From contig CBFIBM010000001.1 of NCBI GenBank assembly GCA_965660855.1, forward strand, positions 128,001 to 192,000: a DNA stretch of 64,000 nucleotides, read 5' to 3'. Below are positions 20,920-31,301 of the stretch, piece by piece (position 1 is the first letter of the stretch; every line of letters begins with the position of its first letter). Position numbers and translations under genes: made by a program. Under the pieces are notes generated by a model. It did not search any database, was not told the origin of the DNA, and saw nothing but the letters and a program-made list of their open reading frames with translations. This DNA is from an uncultured bacterium. Lineage in GTDB: Bacteria; Fidelibacterota; Marinisomatia; Marinisomatales; UBA1611.

Positions 20920-22428
20920 ATGAAATACTATCTTTTATTCTTTATTATAATTTTTAACTGTTCGTTTTCAGATACTTGTTCAGATGCTTATACTGCATTT
21001 TATACATATGGTGAATTCGACCTTGAAGAATATATTTTTGGTGAAGACAATTGCTGTGATCAACATCCAATACCGCTTTGCGGTGATGATCGTATTTACT
21101 TTGAAAAACCTGATTATGCGGACTTTACGAATTCCATGTATTGGGATGTAATATCTGATTCTGTGGCAATAACCAGAGGTGATGTAAGACCCTTATACAA
21201 TCCTCTGTTGCAGCAGGAGTATCAATATGGGGTTTCAGGAGCACCAGAGAATATAATCTGGCATTACGGTCCAACTTATGGAGCCGCTGGATCTACAGCT
21301 ATCGACGTGGAGATACCATATGCTTCATCATCAATGGCTCTGGGTGGTATTTATAGTTATACAACAATTTCGATTCAATCTTTGACAGATGGGAAATCTT
21401 ATGATTTGTATGTAACAAATTGGACACAAGGTAATAATCCTGGAACTTGGCCTGGGAACGGCGGTGGAAATGGAACTGGTAATGGGGGTGGTGTTTCATA
21501 TTTTCGATCTGGAGCTGTAGATGCGTCTCCTGTTATTCAGAGTATTACGGATGTTCCAAATGATCAGGGGAACAGAGTTTATTTAAATTTTAGAAGATCA
21601 ATGATAGATAATATATATCACCCCATTGGAATTGACAGTTATACCATACAACGTTTCGATTCACCTAACTGGGTGAACTTAGGGTCTATTAATGCAAATG
21701 GTAATTCCAGTTATATTTTTGAAGCAACAACGCTTGCTGATTCTACATCTGAGAATAACGCATTGAGTGCATTTAGGGTGTATGCAACAAATTACGTCAC
21801 AAATTATAATTTAGAATCGATAACAGAATATGGATATTCAATTGATAATTTGGCACCCAGCTCTCCAACTAATTTTTATGCGGTTGTAAATAATAGTCAA
21901 ATTGAACTTAGTTGGAATCATATTCAAAGTAACGATTTAGATCATTACATTATTGAAAGAAGTATGGAGGAATCTTTTGTTAGTTTTGAAGAATTTGAGA
22001 CAACTCAAAACTTTTATAATGATAATGAACTAAATACTCTTCAAACTTATTTTTATCGAGTATTAGCTGTGGACCATGCGGGGAATCTTAGTGATTATAC
22101 CGAAACTATAGAGGTCACAAGTCTTCTTAATGATTTTGACCAAATCCCTTCAAAAGTTACTTTACATAATAATTTTCCAAACCCATTCAACCCAAAAACT
22201 TCTTTCACTTATGATCTGCCACAATCAGGTCTGGTAAAAATTAATATCTCCAACCTATCTGGTAGTCATGTAAAAACTTTAATTAATGGAAATAAAGATG
22301 TTGGTAAACATACAATTGAATGGGATAGTAAAGATGACCATGGGAATACAGTTCCAGCTGGTATTTATTTTTATACATTAACTACTAATAATTATACAAA
22401 AACTAATAAAATGATATTACTTAAGTAA
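20920..22428 (+). CDS. Secreted protein: uncharacterised N-terminal domain + FN3 + C-terminal sorting domain
   Basis: Signal peptide; FN3 (PSSPTNF...LSW...YFYRVLAVD.AGN.S); NFPNPFNP. Confidence 0.8.
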   Translation: MKYYLLFFIIIFNCSFSDTCSDAYTAFYTYGEFDLEEYIFGEDNCCDQHPIPLCGDDRIYFEKPDYADFTNSMYWDVISDSVAITRGDVRPLYNPLLQQEYQYGVSGAPENIIWHYGPTYGAAGSTAIDVEIPYASSSMALGGIYSYTTISIQSLTDGKSYDLYVTNWTQGNNPGTWPGNGGGNGTGNGGGVSYFRSGAVDASPVIQSITDVPNDQGNRVYLNFRRSMIDNIYHPIGIDSYTIQRFDSPNWVNLGSINANGNSSYIFEATTLADSTSENNALSAFRVYATNYVTNYNLESITEYGYSIDNLAPSSPTNFYAVVNNSQIELSWNHIQSNDLDHYIIERSMEESFVSFEEFETTQNFYNDNELNTLQTYFYRVLAVDHAGNLSDYTETIEVTSLLNDFDQIPSKVTLHNNFPNPFNPKTSFTYDLPQSGLVKINISNLSGSHVKTLINGNKDVGKHTIEWDSKDDHGNTVPAGIYFYTLTTNNYTKTNKMILLK

Positions 22429-22445
22429 TATTGACGTAATTATTC

Positions 22446-23189
22446 ATGAATTTTTTTTTATCATTTTTTTTATTTTTTATTTCAAATTTTAATAAATGTT
22501 TTGCGGATCCTATTACCTTTACGAAAGAAGCATATGCAGACTGGACGCTACCTGAAAATCAAGATAGAATAACTGAAGGTGTCTGGATCACGAGAAAGGA
22601 TAATCAGGGCCTTTTTAATATCTTTGTTGAGGAGAACTACTCAGGTCAGTCTCCTTTAAATACACTTTGGGCCCCGATGAAGACAATGGATGCTTCTCAA
22701 GAAGATTTTACATCATGGGTAGTAATGCATAATTCTGATCCTCAATCTACAATCGATGATACTGTTTCCTTACATATCCCTGAAGTAGGATTATATTTTG
22801 ATTTAGTACTAATCTCTTTTTCAGGCGGAAATAGTGGAGGTGGTTTTTCATATGCAAGAGAACAGATTTATCCTCAACACCTAACGAATGATGACAATTT
22901 TGATATACAACAATCATTTAGTTTAAAACAAAATTATCCTAACCCCTTTAATCCCTCTACAACATTAAATTATAATATAGAAAAGGACAGTTTTGTTAAA
23001 GTTGTCATTCATGATTTAAATGGAATTAAAGTTAGAACCCTTGTAAATGAATTTCAAACCTCTGGAAATAAAAATATTGTTTGGGATGGAACAGATATAG
23101 ATGGTAATGCTGTTTCTACTGGCATTTATTTTTACTCTTTAACTAATGGTGCTAGAGTTAAAACAAAAAAAATGTCTTTTGTTAAGTAA
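22446..23189 (+). CDS. Secreted protein: same uncharacterised domain + C-terminal sorting domain
   Basis: FTKEAYADW...QDRIT..VWITR...GGGFSY.R; NYPNPFNP. Confidence 0.8.
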   Translation: MNFFLSFFLFFISNFNKCFADPITFTKEAYADWTLPENQDRITEGVWITRKDNQGLFNIFVEENYSGQSPLNTLWAPMKTMDASQEDFTSWVVMHNSDPQSTIDDTVSLHIPEVGLYFDLVLISFSGGNSGGGFSYAREQIYPQHLTNDDNFDIQQSFSLKQNYPNPFNPSTTLNYNIEKDSFVKVVIHDLNGIKVRTLVNEFQTSGNKNIVWDGTDIDGNAVSTGIYFYSLTNGARVKTKKMSFVK

Positions 23190-24057
23190 TCGATTTTTAA
23201 CATTCCTTAAATTTAAATTAAACAAACAATATTTATTTTATACTGCTTTTTTAATATTACTTTTAAATCAGTCTATATTATCAGCAAATATTAATGATGA
23301 TTATAAACTGGTATGGAGTGATGAATTTAATTATGAAGGAATTATCAATCCTCAAAAGTGGTTCCATCAAACCATCATACCAAATGGTAAAAGTTGGTTT
23401 AATAATGAAATCCAACATTATACAAATAGAATTGATAATTCATATGTAAGCAATGGTTCTTTAAAAATTATCGTAAAGAAAGAAGCGTTCTATGACCAAA
23501 ATCAGCTAAAGTATTTTACATCAGCTAGAATTAATTCAAAATTTTCTTTTACCTATGGTAGAATCGAAATAAGAGCTAAATTACCAGTAGGAGTTGGAAT
23601 ATGGCCTGCAATCTGGATGCTGGGCCAAAATATTGATGAGAAAGGTGCTTATTGGGAAACAAAAGGATATGCTGAAAAATCATGGCCAGATTGTGGTGAA
23701 ATAGATATATTAGAACATTGGGGACATAATGAGAATTATGTTCAAAGTGCATTGCATACACCCTCGAGCTTTGGAGATACAAAAAATTTAGGTGGAAGAT
23801 ATCTATCAGATGTTCAAAATAAGTATAATACATATAGTCTTGATTGGTCAGTTGATTTCATGACTTTCAGTGTAAATGACACAATACACTATAAATATGC
23901 TCCTAAACAAAAAAATGATAAAACCTGGCCTTTCAATGAAAACCAATACCTAATATTAAATGTTGCTGTTGAACCTACAGTATCTTTGGATTTTATTAGT
24001 GATGAAATGGAAATTGATTACGTGAGAATATATCAATTCGAAAAAAATAAAGAGTAA
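23146..24057 (+). CDS. GH16 laminarinase-like glycoside hydrolase
   Basis: LVWSDEF, WPAIWMLG and catalytic EIDILE. True start probably somewhat downstream. Confidence 0.9.
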   Translation: MVLELKQKKCLLLSNRFLTFLKFKLNKQYLFYTAFLILLLNQSILSANINDDYKLVWSDEFNYEGIINPQKWFHQTIIPNGKSWFNNEIQHYTNRIDNSYVSNGSLKIIVKKEAFYDQNQLKYFTSARINSKFSFTYGRIEIRAKLPVGVGIWPAIWMLGQNIDEKGAYWETKGYAEKSWPDCGEIDILEHWGHNENYVQSALHTPSSFGDTKNLGGRYLSDVQNKYNTYSLDWSVDFMTFSVNDTIHYKYAPKQKNDKTWPFNENQYLILNVAVEPTVSLDFISDEMEIDYVRIYQFEKNKE

Positions 24058-24557
24058 TGGAAAATGAAAAAAGTATATTAATTGTCGCGACATCAAAAGA
24101 AAATAATTATCGATTAGCTGTTAAAATTGGATTCTTATTAAATGAAAATTATAATTTGATATCTTTGGAAGATTATAAGTTACCCTTATATACATCTAAA
24201 GAGAAAAATATTGATAATGTCATTGTTCAAAGCCTTATTCATAAGTTTGCAAAGGCAAAAGGAATCATCTTTTGTGTACCCGAATATAATTATAACATTC
24301 CGCCAATTTTATCCAATGCTATTACTTGGATATCAGTTGAAGCTGAAAACTTTAGGGATGCATTTAATGAAAAGATAATTTTATTAGCAACGCATAGTGG
24401 TGGTACCGCAAGTAGCTTATTAACCATATTAAGAAATCAGCTTTCTCATTTAGGGGCATTTGTCCATCCTCGAACTATTACAGTTCATCGTAATTTGCCA
24501 TTCGACCCAGAAAAAGCAAAAAAGATCTTGGTGAGTTTTCAATTATTTTTAAAGTAA
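24057..24557 (+). CDS. NADPH-dependent FMN reductase
   Basis: PEYN..IPP.L.NAI.W.S and THSGG motifs. Confidence 0.85.
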   Translation: MENEKSILIVATSKENNYRLAVKIGFLLNENYNLISLEDYKLPLYTSKEKNIDNVIVQSLIHKFAKAKGIIFCVPEYNYNIPPILSNAITWISVEAENFRDAFNEKIILLATHSGGTASSLLTILRNQLSHLGAFVHPRTITVHRNLPFDPEKAKKILVSFQLFLK

Positions 24558-24593
24558 TACTTTATATCATTAACTATAAATCATATTATAATT

Positions 24594-25109
24594 ATGTTTA
24601 AAAATAAACTAATTATCGTTATGGGTTTATTTTATTTTTCATGCGAAGATAATAACCTTAAAAAAGGTTGTACTGATTGCTCAGCTATAAATTATGATAG
24701 TACAGCAATTCTAAATGATGATAATTGTATTTTTTCAAATAATAATATTATTTCAAATTATACTGTAAAAGACTCTATAATGGGTCCTTTTTTAGAATGG
24801 TATTTTGATGACTATGCAATTGAAATAATAAGAGATTCTTGTTCCTCAAATGGAATTTTAATTAAGAATTATGGTAACATTAACAATTCTGATGGAGCAT
24901 TAGTAATCCAAGGTATTGTATCTGAAGACTCTATCTATATTGCACCTCAAATTATCGATACAGGTAAAGATATTTATTCAACTGACTATATAGAAATCTT
25001 TGAGAATACTGGGGAATTTAGAAATGATTCAATTTTTATTAACTTAGGTTATATGAATCGATACGATCCTTATATTGGAAAATTATACGGAATTAAAATT
25101 AATAATTAA
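24594..25109 (+). CDS. Hypothetical lipoprotein
   Basis: Lipobox-like FYFSC; GCTD..A.NY...A...D..C motif. Confidence 0.7.
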   Translation: MFKNKLIIVMGLFYFSCEDNNLKKGCTDCSAINYDSTAILNDDNCIFSNNNIISNYTVKDSIMGPFLEWYFDDYAIEIIRDSCSSNGILIKNYGNINNSDGALVIQGIVSEDSIYIAPQIIDTGKDIYSTDYIEIFENTGEFRNDSIFINLGYMNRYDPYIGKLYGIKINN

Positions 25110-25188
25110 ATTTAGCCTGGTATTTTGCTTGAAAAGTCAATGCAAGGCTTATGCATTTACTTTAATAATTATGTAAATTTATTATAAC

Positions 25189-27498
25189 ATGTCAGAACCT
25201 ATACACAAACTTGCAGTAATAGTTTTTACCGATATTGTTGGATTTACTAAACTCACTGCAGAGGATCAACAGAAAGCAAGTGACTTACTAGATACCCAAA
25301 GAAATGAATTTGGCCCTTTAGTAAAGTCTTATCAAGGCAAGTGGGTAAAAGAAATGGGTGATGGTCTTATCCTCACTTTTGATACTGTTCAAAAAGCGGT
25401 GCATTGTTGTATCAAAATACAAGAGAAAGCAAAAGAAATTGATGATTTAAACCTTAGAATTGGCATACATCTTGGTGAAATACTTGAGAAAGAAAATGAT
25501 ATTATTGGTGATGATGTTAATATTACTGCAAGAATAGAACCTTTCTCGGCAACTGGTGGAATCGCAATATCCAATAAAATTAATGATGCCTTAATTAGAG
25601 AATCTAAATACAAGACAAAATACTTAGGTAAACCAAAACTTAAAGGTGTAGGTCAAACAGTTGAAGTATATTGCATTATTTCACATGGTTTACCAGAAAC
25701 AAATCTTTCCCAAGTCTCTGCAAAATTAGAGAAAGAAAATAAATTTCTGGTTCCTGCGGTATCATCATTATTGGTCCTCATAATTGGGGTTTATTATCTC
25801 TTTTTTATGAAGCCAGATATTGCATCTATTGCTGTTCTGTATATGAAGGTTTCAGGTGGAGAAGATCTTAACTATATTGAAGCGATAACAGAAGATTTAA
25901 TTTTCGATTTATCCAGCTCAACAAACGGTATGCTAAAAGTATCTGAACCTGCATCTGTTAAAAAATATAAAAATAATGAATTAGAATTTAAAGAACTTGG
26001 TCAAAAGCTTGATGTTAAATTCATTTTCCAAAGTAGCATACAACCTGATGGTGATGGCTTCAATCTACGTTGCAGATTAGTTGAAGCAAAGACTGGCGAG
26101 GATAGATTTATCAATAAGTGGTTCATTGAAAGTCAAAATTTACAATCTATTGTTGGCGTTCTTGCTGAAAATATAATAGATGAGTTAGAAGTAGATAAAA
26201 AGTCAGATATGGTTGCCCAACAATATGATCCAGAAGCCTATGAATTGTATTTGAAGTCTAAAACGTTATTTGCAACAAGTAAAAATACTGAAGATACCGA
26301 AAATTCTATTAATATGATGTTAGAGGCAACTCGTATTGATAATAATCTTATTGGAGCAAAATTATTTCTTGGTCTGATGTATGAAGAAACAAGAGATTAT
26401 GACAATGCAAATAAACTTTACAGCAGAGCTTTATCTCAGAGTAAAACGGTGGGAGACAATGCTATTATTGCAGAAGCATTAAGAAAACAAGGGAAACTTT
26501 TTAGAAAAGAGAAAGATTTTGATGGAGCAATCAAAAAGTTCAATGAATCATTATCAATAGCTAAAGTGATGAATGATAAAAATGCTATGGCTAAAACTTT
26601 AAATAGTATTGCAATTCTTTATTATAGGACAGACAGAAAAGAAGAAGCTCTACAGAATTGGCTAGAGGCCTTTCGTATCGCTGAAGAATTTGATGATAAA
26701 TTAAAAACCTCTAAATATTTAAATAATTTAGGTATTTGGTATGAAGCGGATGCTAGTTTTAGTAGATCTATTGAATATTATAATAAAAGTCTTGTTATTA
26801 AAGAAGAATTAGCTGATAATCGAAATATTGGTAAAACATTGCATAATCTCGGAAAAGTTTATTTTGAAATGGGAGATTATGAAAATGCAATTGACCACTA
26901 TAACAGAAGCATTAATATAAAAAATAAATTGAATGATTTAGTAGGACTAAATAAATCAATTGTTAGTAAAGCAAAATCTTACTTTTTCACTAGTGATTAC
27001 GAAAGTGCTTATAAAGAAATTAAAGAAGCAATAAAATTATCCAAAGATTTGAAGCGTGATAAATTAAAAGTAGAAAAAGAAAGATATCTTGGTATGACAT
27101 ACTTTTTTCAGGCAGAATATGATAGTTCAATATACTATTTGGATAAAGTTGAACAAGTATATGGAAAGATACCAGTTAAAGCTGCAACAGTAATGCCATT
27201 TATTGCTTCAGCATACTTTCAAAAAGGTGAAACTGAAAAAGCAAAATTAGAGCTCAATGAATTTTATTCAATTATCAAAGAAAATGATTTAAAAAATAGT
27301 GATATAGTGTTAGTTAATTGGCATGCATATAAAATATTTGATCAGATTGGTGAAAATAAAAAAGCAAAGCAATGTCTAGAAGATGCTTATTTTGAAATAA
27401 AATCAAAATCAAAAGAAATTAAAGATAAAGATGATAGAAAGCTTTTTATGAACACAGCTATGAATAAGAGCATTTTGGATAAATGGGAAAATTCTTAG
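25189..27498 (+). CDS. Class III adenylate cyclase with TM helix, TolB-N-like domain and TPR repeats
   Basis: FTDIVGFT, KEMGDG, GDDVNITARIE; one TM helix; TPR array. Confidence 0.85.
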   Translation: MSEPIHKLAVIVFTDIVGFTKLTAEDQQKASDLLDTQRNEFGPLVKSYQGKWVKEMGDGLILTFDTVQKAVHCCIKIQEKAKEIDDLNLRIGIHLGEILEKENDIIGDDVNITARIEPFSATGGIAISNKINDALIRESKYKTKYLGKPKLKGVGQTVEVYCIISHGLPETNLSQVSAKLEKENKFLVPAVSSLLVLIIGVYYLFFMKPDIASIAVLYMKVSGGEDLNYIEAITEDLIFDLSSSTNGMLKVSEPASVKKYKNNELEFKELGQKLDVKFIFQSSIQPDGDGFNLRCRLVEAKTGEDRFINKWFIESQNLQSIVGVLAENIIDELEVDKKSDMVAQQYDPEAYELYLKSKTLFATSKNTEDTENSINMMLEATRIDNNLIGAKLFLGLMYEETRDYDNANKLYSRALSQSKTVGDNAIIAEALRKQGKLFRKEKDFDGAIKKFNESLSIAKVMNDKNAMAKTLNSIAILYYRTDRKEEALQNWLEAFRIAEEFDDKLKTSKYLNNLGIWYEADASFSRSIEYYNKSLVIKEELADNRNIGKTLHNLGKVYFEMGDYENAIDHYNRSINIKNKLNDLVGLNKSIVSKAKSYFFTSDYESAYKEIKEAIKLSKDLKRDKLKVEKERYLGMTYFFQAEYDSSIYYLDKVEQVYGKIPVKAATVMPFIASAYFQKGETEKAKLELNEFYSIIKENDLKNSDIVLVNWHAYKIFDQIGENKKAKQCLEDAYFEIKSKSKEIKDKDDRKLFMNTAMNKSILDKWENS

Positions 27499-27658
27499 AA
27501 ATATCTTTTATTTGTAAATTAATTTTTTTATATGAAATATAATTTTAACCATTTATTATTGAATAGTTTAAAATCGTAAATATTAATTAACTTAATGTTA
27601 AATAATGTAATATTTTTATTAGTGATTTTTAAAATAATCCAAGATTGAGGAAAAAAAA

Positions 27659-30328
27659 ATGAAACATTTACTTAAATCAGTTTTGTTCTTTTCTGCCATT
27701 ATGTACGCAACATTAATAAATGTTCCCCAAGATTATAGTACTATCCAAGATGGTATAAATGCTGCTCAAGAGGGAGATACAGTTTTAATTGCTCAAGGGG
27801 TATACAATGAGAACTTAATTCTTGAAAAAGAAATTGTCTTAGCAAGTAATGCATTATTTGACAATCTTAACTCAGCTTGGATTTCAAATGATAACATTTC
27901 GCAAACCATCATTAGCGCTCCAGATATTCCAATAAACTCAAAGTATGGAAGTTGTTTAGTCGTACGTAATAATAATATCGAGCCAACCATTTATGGTTTA
28001 ACATTTTCAAATGGTCTAGGTACATCCATGAGATCAGTAGATTGTGTAAACACACCTGATAATAGTAGCAAAATGAAAGCTGGTGGCGCTATTTTAATTT
28101 TTCAGGCCTATCCTAAGATTCATTATAATAGATTTGTTGATAATGGTTTTAATGGGCCTCAAATAGGGGGTAACACAAATACAAATGCAATAAATGATGG
28201 TGGAGCAATTGCATTATATGATGATGAGGATATTGAATTTGATGAAGACAGATCTTCAGTAAACAATCATTCCAATAATTATAATAGAAATAGGCCAACA
28301 GTTGTTAGTCTACAAAATAACTATTTCTCAGGAAATAGTAGCTCTAATGGAGAAAATATATATACTGTAGGATACAATGGTACTATTGATGTAAGTAACA
28401 GTCATTTTGACAATATAGATTGTACAACAAATGAGGTTAGCGAATTTATTTTGACATCCTATAATGAAGATGCAGATTATGTCCAGGATAATATTTTTGG
28501 TTTATGCATTGAAGATAATACATTTTATGTTTCAGTTGATGGTAATGATTCCAATACTGGAAGTGAGTCAGATCCATTTTTAACAATTAATAAAGCCCTT
28601 GGTCGTGTAAAAACAACCGGTGAAACTACTATTGTTCGCGTACTTGAGGGGTATTACTCACCATCAACAACTGGAGAAAAATTTCCAGTAACATTACCTG
28701 ATAATGTACATTTAGTTGGAGATAATTCAGAAAATACTATTCTTGATGCTGAAGGAACTTTTGTTGATCAGAGAGGAGTTATTAGAATAGAGCATTCTCA
28801 AAATGTTTTGGTTGCAAATTTTACGATAACTGGAGGATTCGATGAAGAATCTGGTTGTCATGGAGGTGGTGGAATATCTCTTATCGTTCCGGATAATGAT
28901 CCAATGGGAGACATTGAAACAACGGATGCTATTTTTGAAAATCTAATTATTGAAGATAATTATGGTTATGTTGGTGGTGGTATAAATATATACAAGGTTC
29001 AAGGTGCTACATTTCAGGAGATAGAGGTAAGAAACAATAAATCTGCTTACCAGGGTGGAGGCGTTTTCCTTCAAAAAGGAATTGCTACATTTAAGAAAAT
29101 GGTGATTAATCAGAATGAAAATGGAGTGTCTGCTGCGCCAGGTAGGCAAGGTGGTGGAATGATGTTCGCTTTTTCTGGAGGTGTTCTTGAAGATATAATC
29201 ATAGATGAGAATAGAACTGGGGATAGTGGTGGTGGTCTATGGGTGAATAATGGTATTGGACTATCTCTAAACAGAGTAACCATCTCCGATAATATTAGTA
29301 CTTATAATGGTGCCGGTATGGTTTTAATGCAATGCGATGCACCTACTCAAATAATTAATACCACTATTGCTAATAATTTTCTAGCTGGTGACGCTAATGG
29401 TAATTTCGGTCAAGGCGATGGTTTGTGGGCAATGTTTTCTAGTGCTAATATTACAAATTCAATTTTTAATGGTAATTCTGGTACAGGAAATGAAGTAGTA
29501 AGGATGGGGGGAGATTATTTTAATCTTCAATATAGTTTAACTCAATCTGAAGTGGACTATAGTGATAATTCTATAGGAAATTTAGTCGGGGATCCACTTT
29601 TTATAGATGCCGAAAATGGTAATTACTCTCTGCAAGAGTCTTCATTGTGTATTGATAGTGGAATTGCCGATATTGACAGTGACGGAAATCAAGATATAGA
29701 TGATTTTTTTGGATTAGCTCCAGATATGGGGTCTCATGAATGGCTGCTCCAATCTGTAAGCAATGTGGCAATTTATGTTTCATCATCTAGCATTACACTT
29801 ACATGGGATCCACACCCAAACCCTGCTCTACAATATTATTCTGTGGAGTATTCAACTGATCCTGAATTTGAGAATGATGTTTTATCACAATATGGTACAG
29901 ATACTTATATTGTATTTGATGAGAATTTATTACAATATGATATTGAGTATTTCTTCAGAATCACAGCCTTTACTAATGTATGGAGTCTTTATTCTGATGT
30001 TTACTCTGGGTCTATAGAGTTTCTAGATTTGGATAAAGAACAATTACCTTTAATATTCTCATTAAAACAAAACTATCCAAACCCATTTAATCCCACTACT
30101 AACATTACGTATAGCATTCCTTCAGATAATCATGTCGAGGTTAATATCTATAACCTAATGGGAGAAAAAGTGAAAACATTAGCTAACGGTTTTCAAACTT
30201 CTGGAACTAAAACTGTAAAATGGGATGCTACTAACGAATATGGTGAACCAGTTAGTGCAGGGCTATACGCTTATACAATTCAAGCGGGTAGTTTTAATCA
30301 GACAAAGAAAATGCTATTACTAAAATAA
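27659..30328 (+). CDS. Secreted parallel beta-helix (DUF1565-like) protein with FN3 and C-terminal sorting domain
   Basis: VPQDYSTIQDGI, FYVS.DG.DSN.G....PF.TI.KAL, repeated GGG + N-ladder motifs; NYPNPFNP. Confidence 0.8.
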   Translation: MKHLLKSVLFFSAIMYATLINVPQDYSTIQDGINAAQEGDTVLIAQGVYNENLILEKEIVLASNALFDNLNSAWISNDNISQTIISAPDIPINSKYGSCLVVRNNNIEPTIYGLTFSNGLGTSMRSVDCVNTPDNSSKMKAGGAILIFQAYPKIHYNRFVDNGFNGPQIGGNTNTNAINDGGAIALYDDEDIEFDEDRSSVNNHSNNYNRNRPTVVSLQNNYFSGNSSSNGENIYTVGYNGTIDVSNSHFDNIDCTTNEVSEFILTSYNEDADYVQDNIFGLCIEDNTFYVSVDGNDSNTGSESDPFLTINKALGRVKTTGETTIVRVLEGYYSPSTTGEKFPVTLPDNVHLVGDNSENTILDAEGTFVDQRGVIRIEHSQNVLVANFTITGGFDEESGCHGGGGISLIVPDNDPMGDIETTDAIFENLIIEDNYGYVGGGINIYKVQGATFQEIEVRNNKSAYQGGGVFLQKGIATFKKMVINQNENGVSAAPGRQGGGMMFAFSGGVLEDIIIDENRTGDSGGGLWVNNGIGLSLNRVTISDNISTYNGAGMVLMQCDAPTQIINTTIANNFLAGDANGNFGQGDGLWAMFSSANITNSIFNGNSGTGNEVVRMGGDYFNLQYSLTQSEVDYSDNSIGNLVGDPLFIDAENGNYSLQESSLCIDSGIADIDSDGNQDIDDFFGLAPDMGSHEWLLQSVSNVAIYVSSSSITLTWDPHPNPALQYYSVEYSTDPEFENDVLSQYGTDTYIVFDENLLQYDIEYFFRITAFTNVWSLYSDVYSGSIEFLDLDKEQLPLIFSLKQNYPNPFNPTTNITYSIPSDNHVEVNIYNLMGEKVKTLANGFQTSGTKTVKWDATNEYGEPVSAGLYAYTIQAGSFNQTKKMLLLK

Positions 30329-30348
30329 TTAAGAATAAAATTCCCATG

Positions 30349-30382
30349 AAAACCCCTTGTATATTATAAGGGGTTTTTTTTT
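30349..30382 (+). terminator. Intrinsic terminator
   Basis: AAAACCCCTT/AAGGGGTTTT stem followed by a T-run. Confidence 0.85.
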
Positions 30383-30413
30383 ATACTTTTAGATACTGAA
30401 AGGAAATATATTA

Positions 30414-31301
30414 ATGAAATTACTTATCGAAAATATATCTAAAACATATTCAAATGGTGTTCAAGCACTTAAGAATGTAAATCTTGAAATTAGCAATGGT
30501 ATGTTTGGTCTTCTTGGTCCAAATGGAGCAGGTAAATCAACATTAATGAGGACGATTGCATCTCTTCAAGATGCAGATGAGGGAATAATTAAAATTGGTA
30601 ATATTAATGTTTCAGAGGATAAACAGCAATTAAGAGAAGTTCTAGGTTATTTACCTCAAGAGTTTGGAGTATACCCCAAAGTTTCTTGCTATGAACTTTT
30701 AGATCACATGGCAGTTATGAAAGGGATTACTGATTCAAAAAGTCGTAAATCCATAGTAGAAAATCTTCTTATTCAGACCAATCTATGGGAATCAAAGGAT
30801 AGAAACTTAGGGACTTATAGTGGTGGAATGAAGCAACGTTTTGGGATTGCTCAAGCTCTTATTGGAGACCCCAAACTTATAATTGTTGATGAACCAACAG
30901 CTGGTTTAGATCCGATGGAACGAAATAGGTTTCATAACCTTTTAAGCGAAATTGGTGAAAATGTAATTGTAATTCTTTCTACTCATATTGTCGATGATGT
31001 AAGAGACTTATGTAATGATATGGCCATCATTCTAAATGGTGAGGTTCAGATAATGGGGGAGCCAATAGAGTTAATAAAAGAATTGAGTGGTAAGGTATGG
31101 AAAGGCTTAGTTGATAAAAAAGATTTAATAAAAATAGAGAAAGACAATCAAGTAATCTCTTCAAGGTTACATATGGGAAAAGTACAGGTTCGAATTTTTA
31201 GTGACAAACCATTAGATCATAGTTTTGAGAAGACTGATGCTGAGATTGAAGATCTCTACTTCTCAACAATTCATGGATTAGACATCAATGGAAGTAAATA
31301 A
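30414..31301 (+). CDS. ABC transporter ATP-binding protein
   Basis: GPNGAGKST, YSGGMKQR and IVDEPT motifs. Confidence 0.95.
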   Translation: MKLLIENISKTYSNGVQALKNVNLEISNGMFGLLGPNGAGKSTLMRTIASLQDADEGIIKIGNINVSEDKQQLREVLGYLPQEFGVYPKVSCYELLDHMAVMKGITDSKSRKSIVENLLIQTNLWESKDRNLGTYSGGMKQRFGIAQALIGDPKLIIVDEPTAGLDPMERNRFHNLLSEIGENVIVILSTHIVDDVRDLCNDMAIILNGEVQIMGEPIELIKELSGKVWKGLVDKKDLIKIEKDNQVISSRLHMGKVQVRIFSDKPLDHSFEKTDAEIEDLYFSTIHGLDINGSK

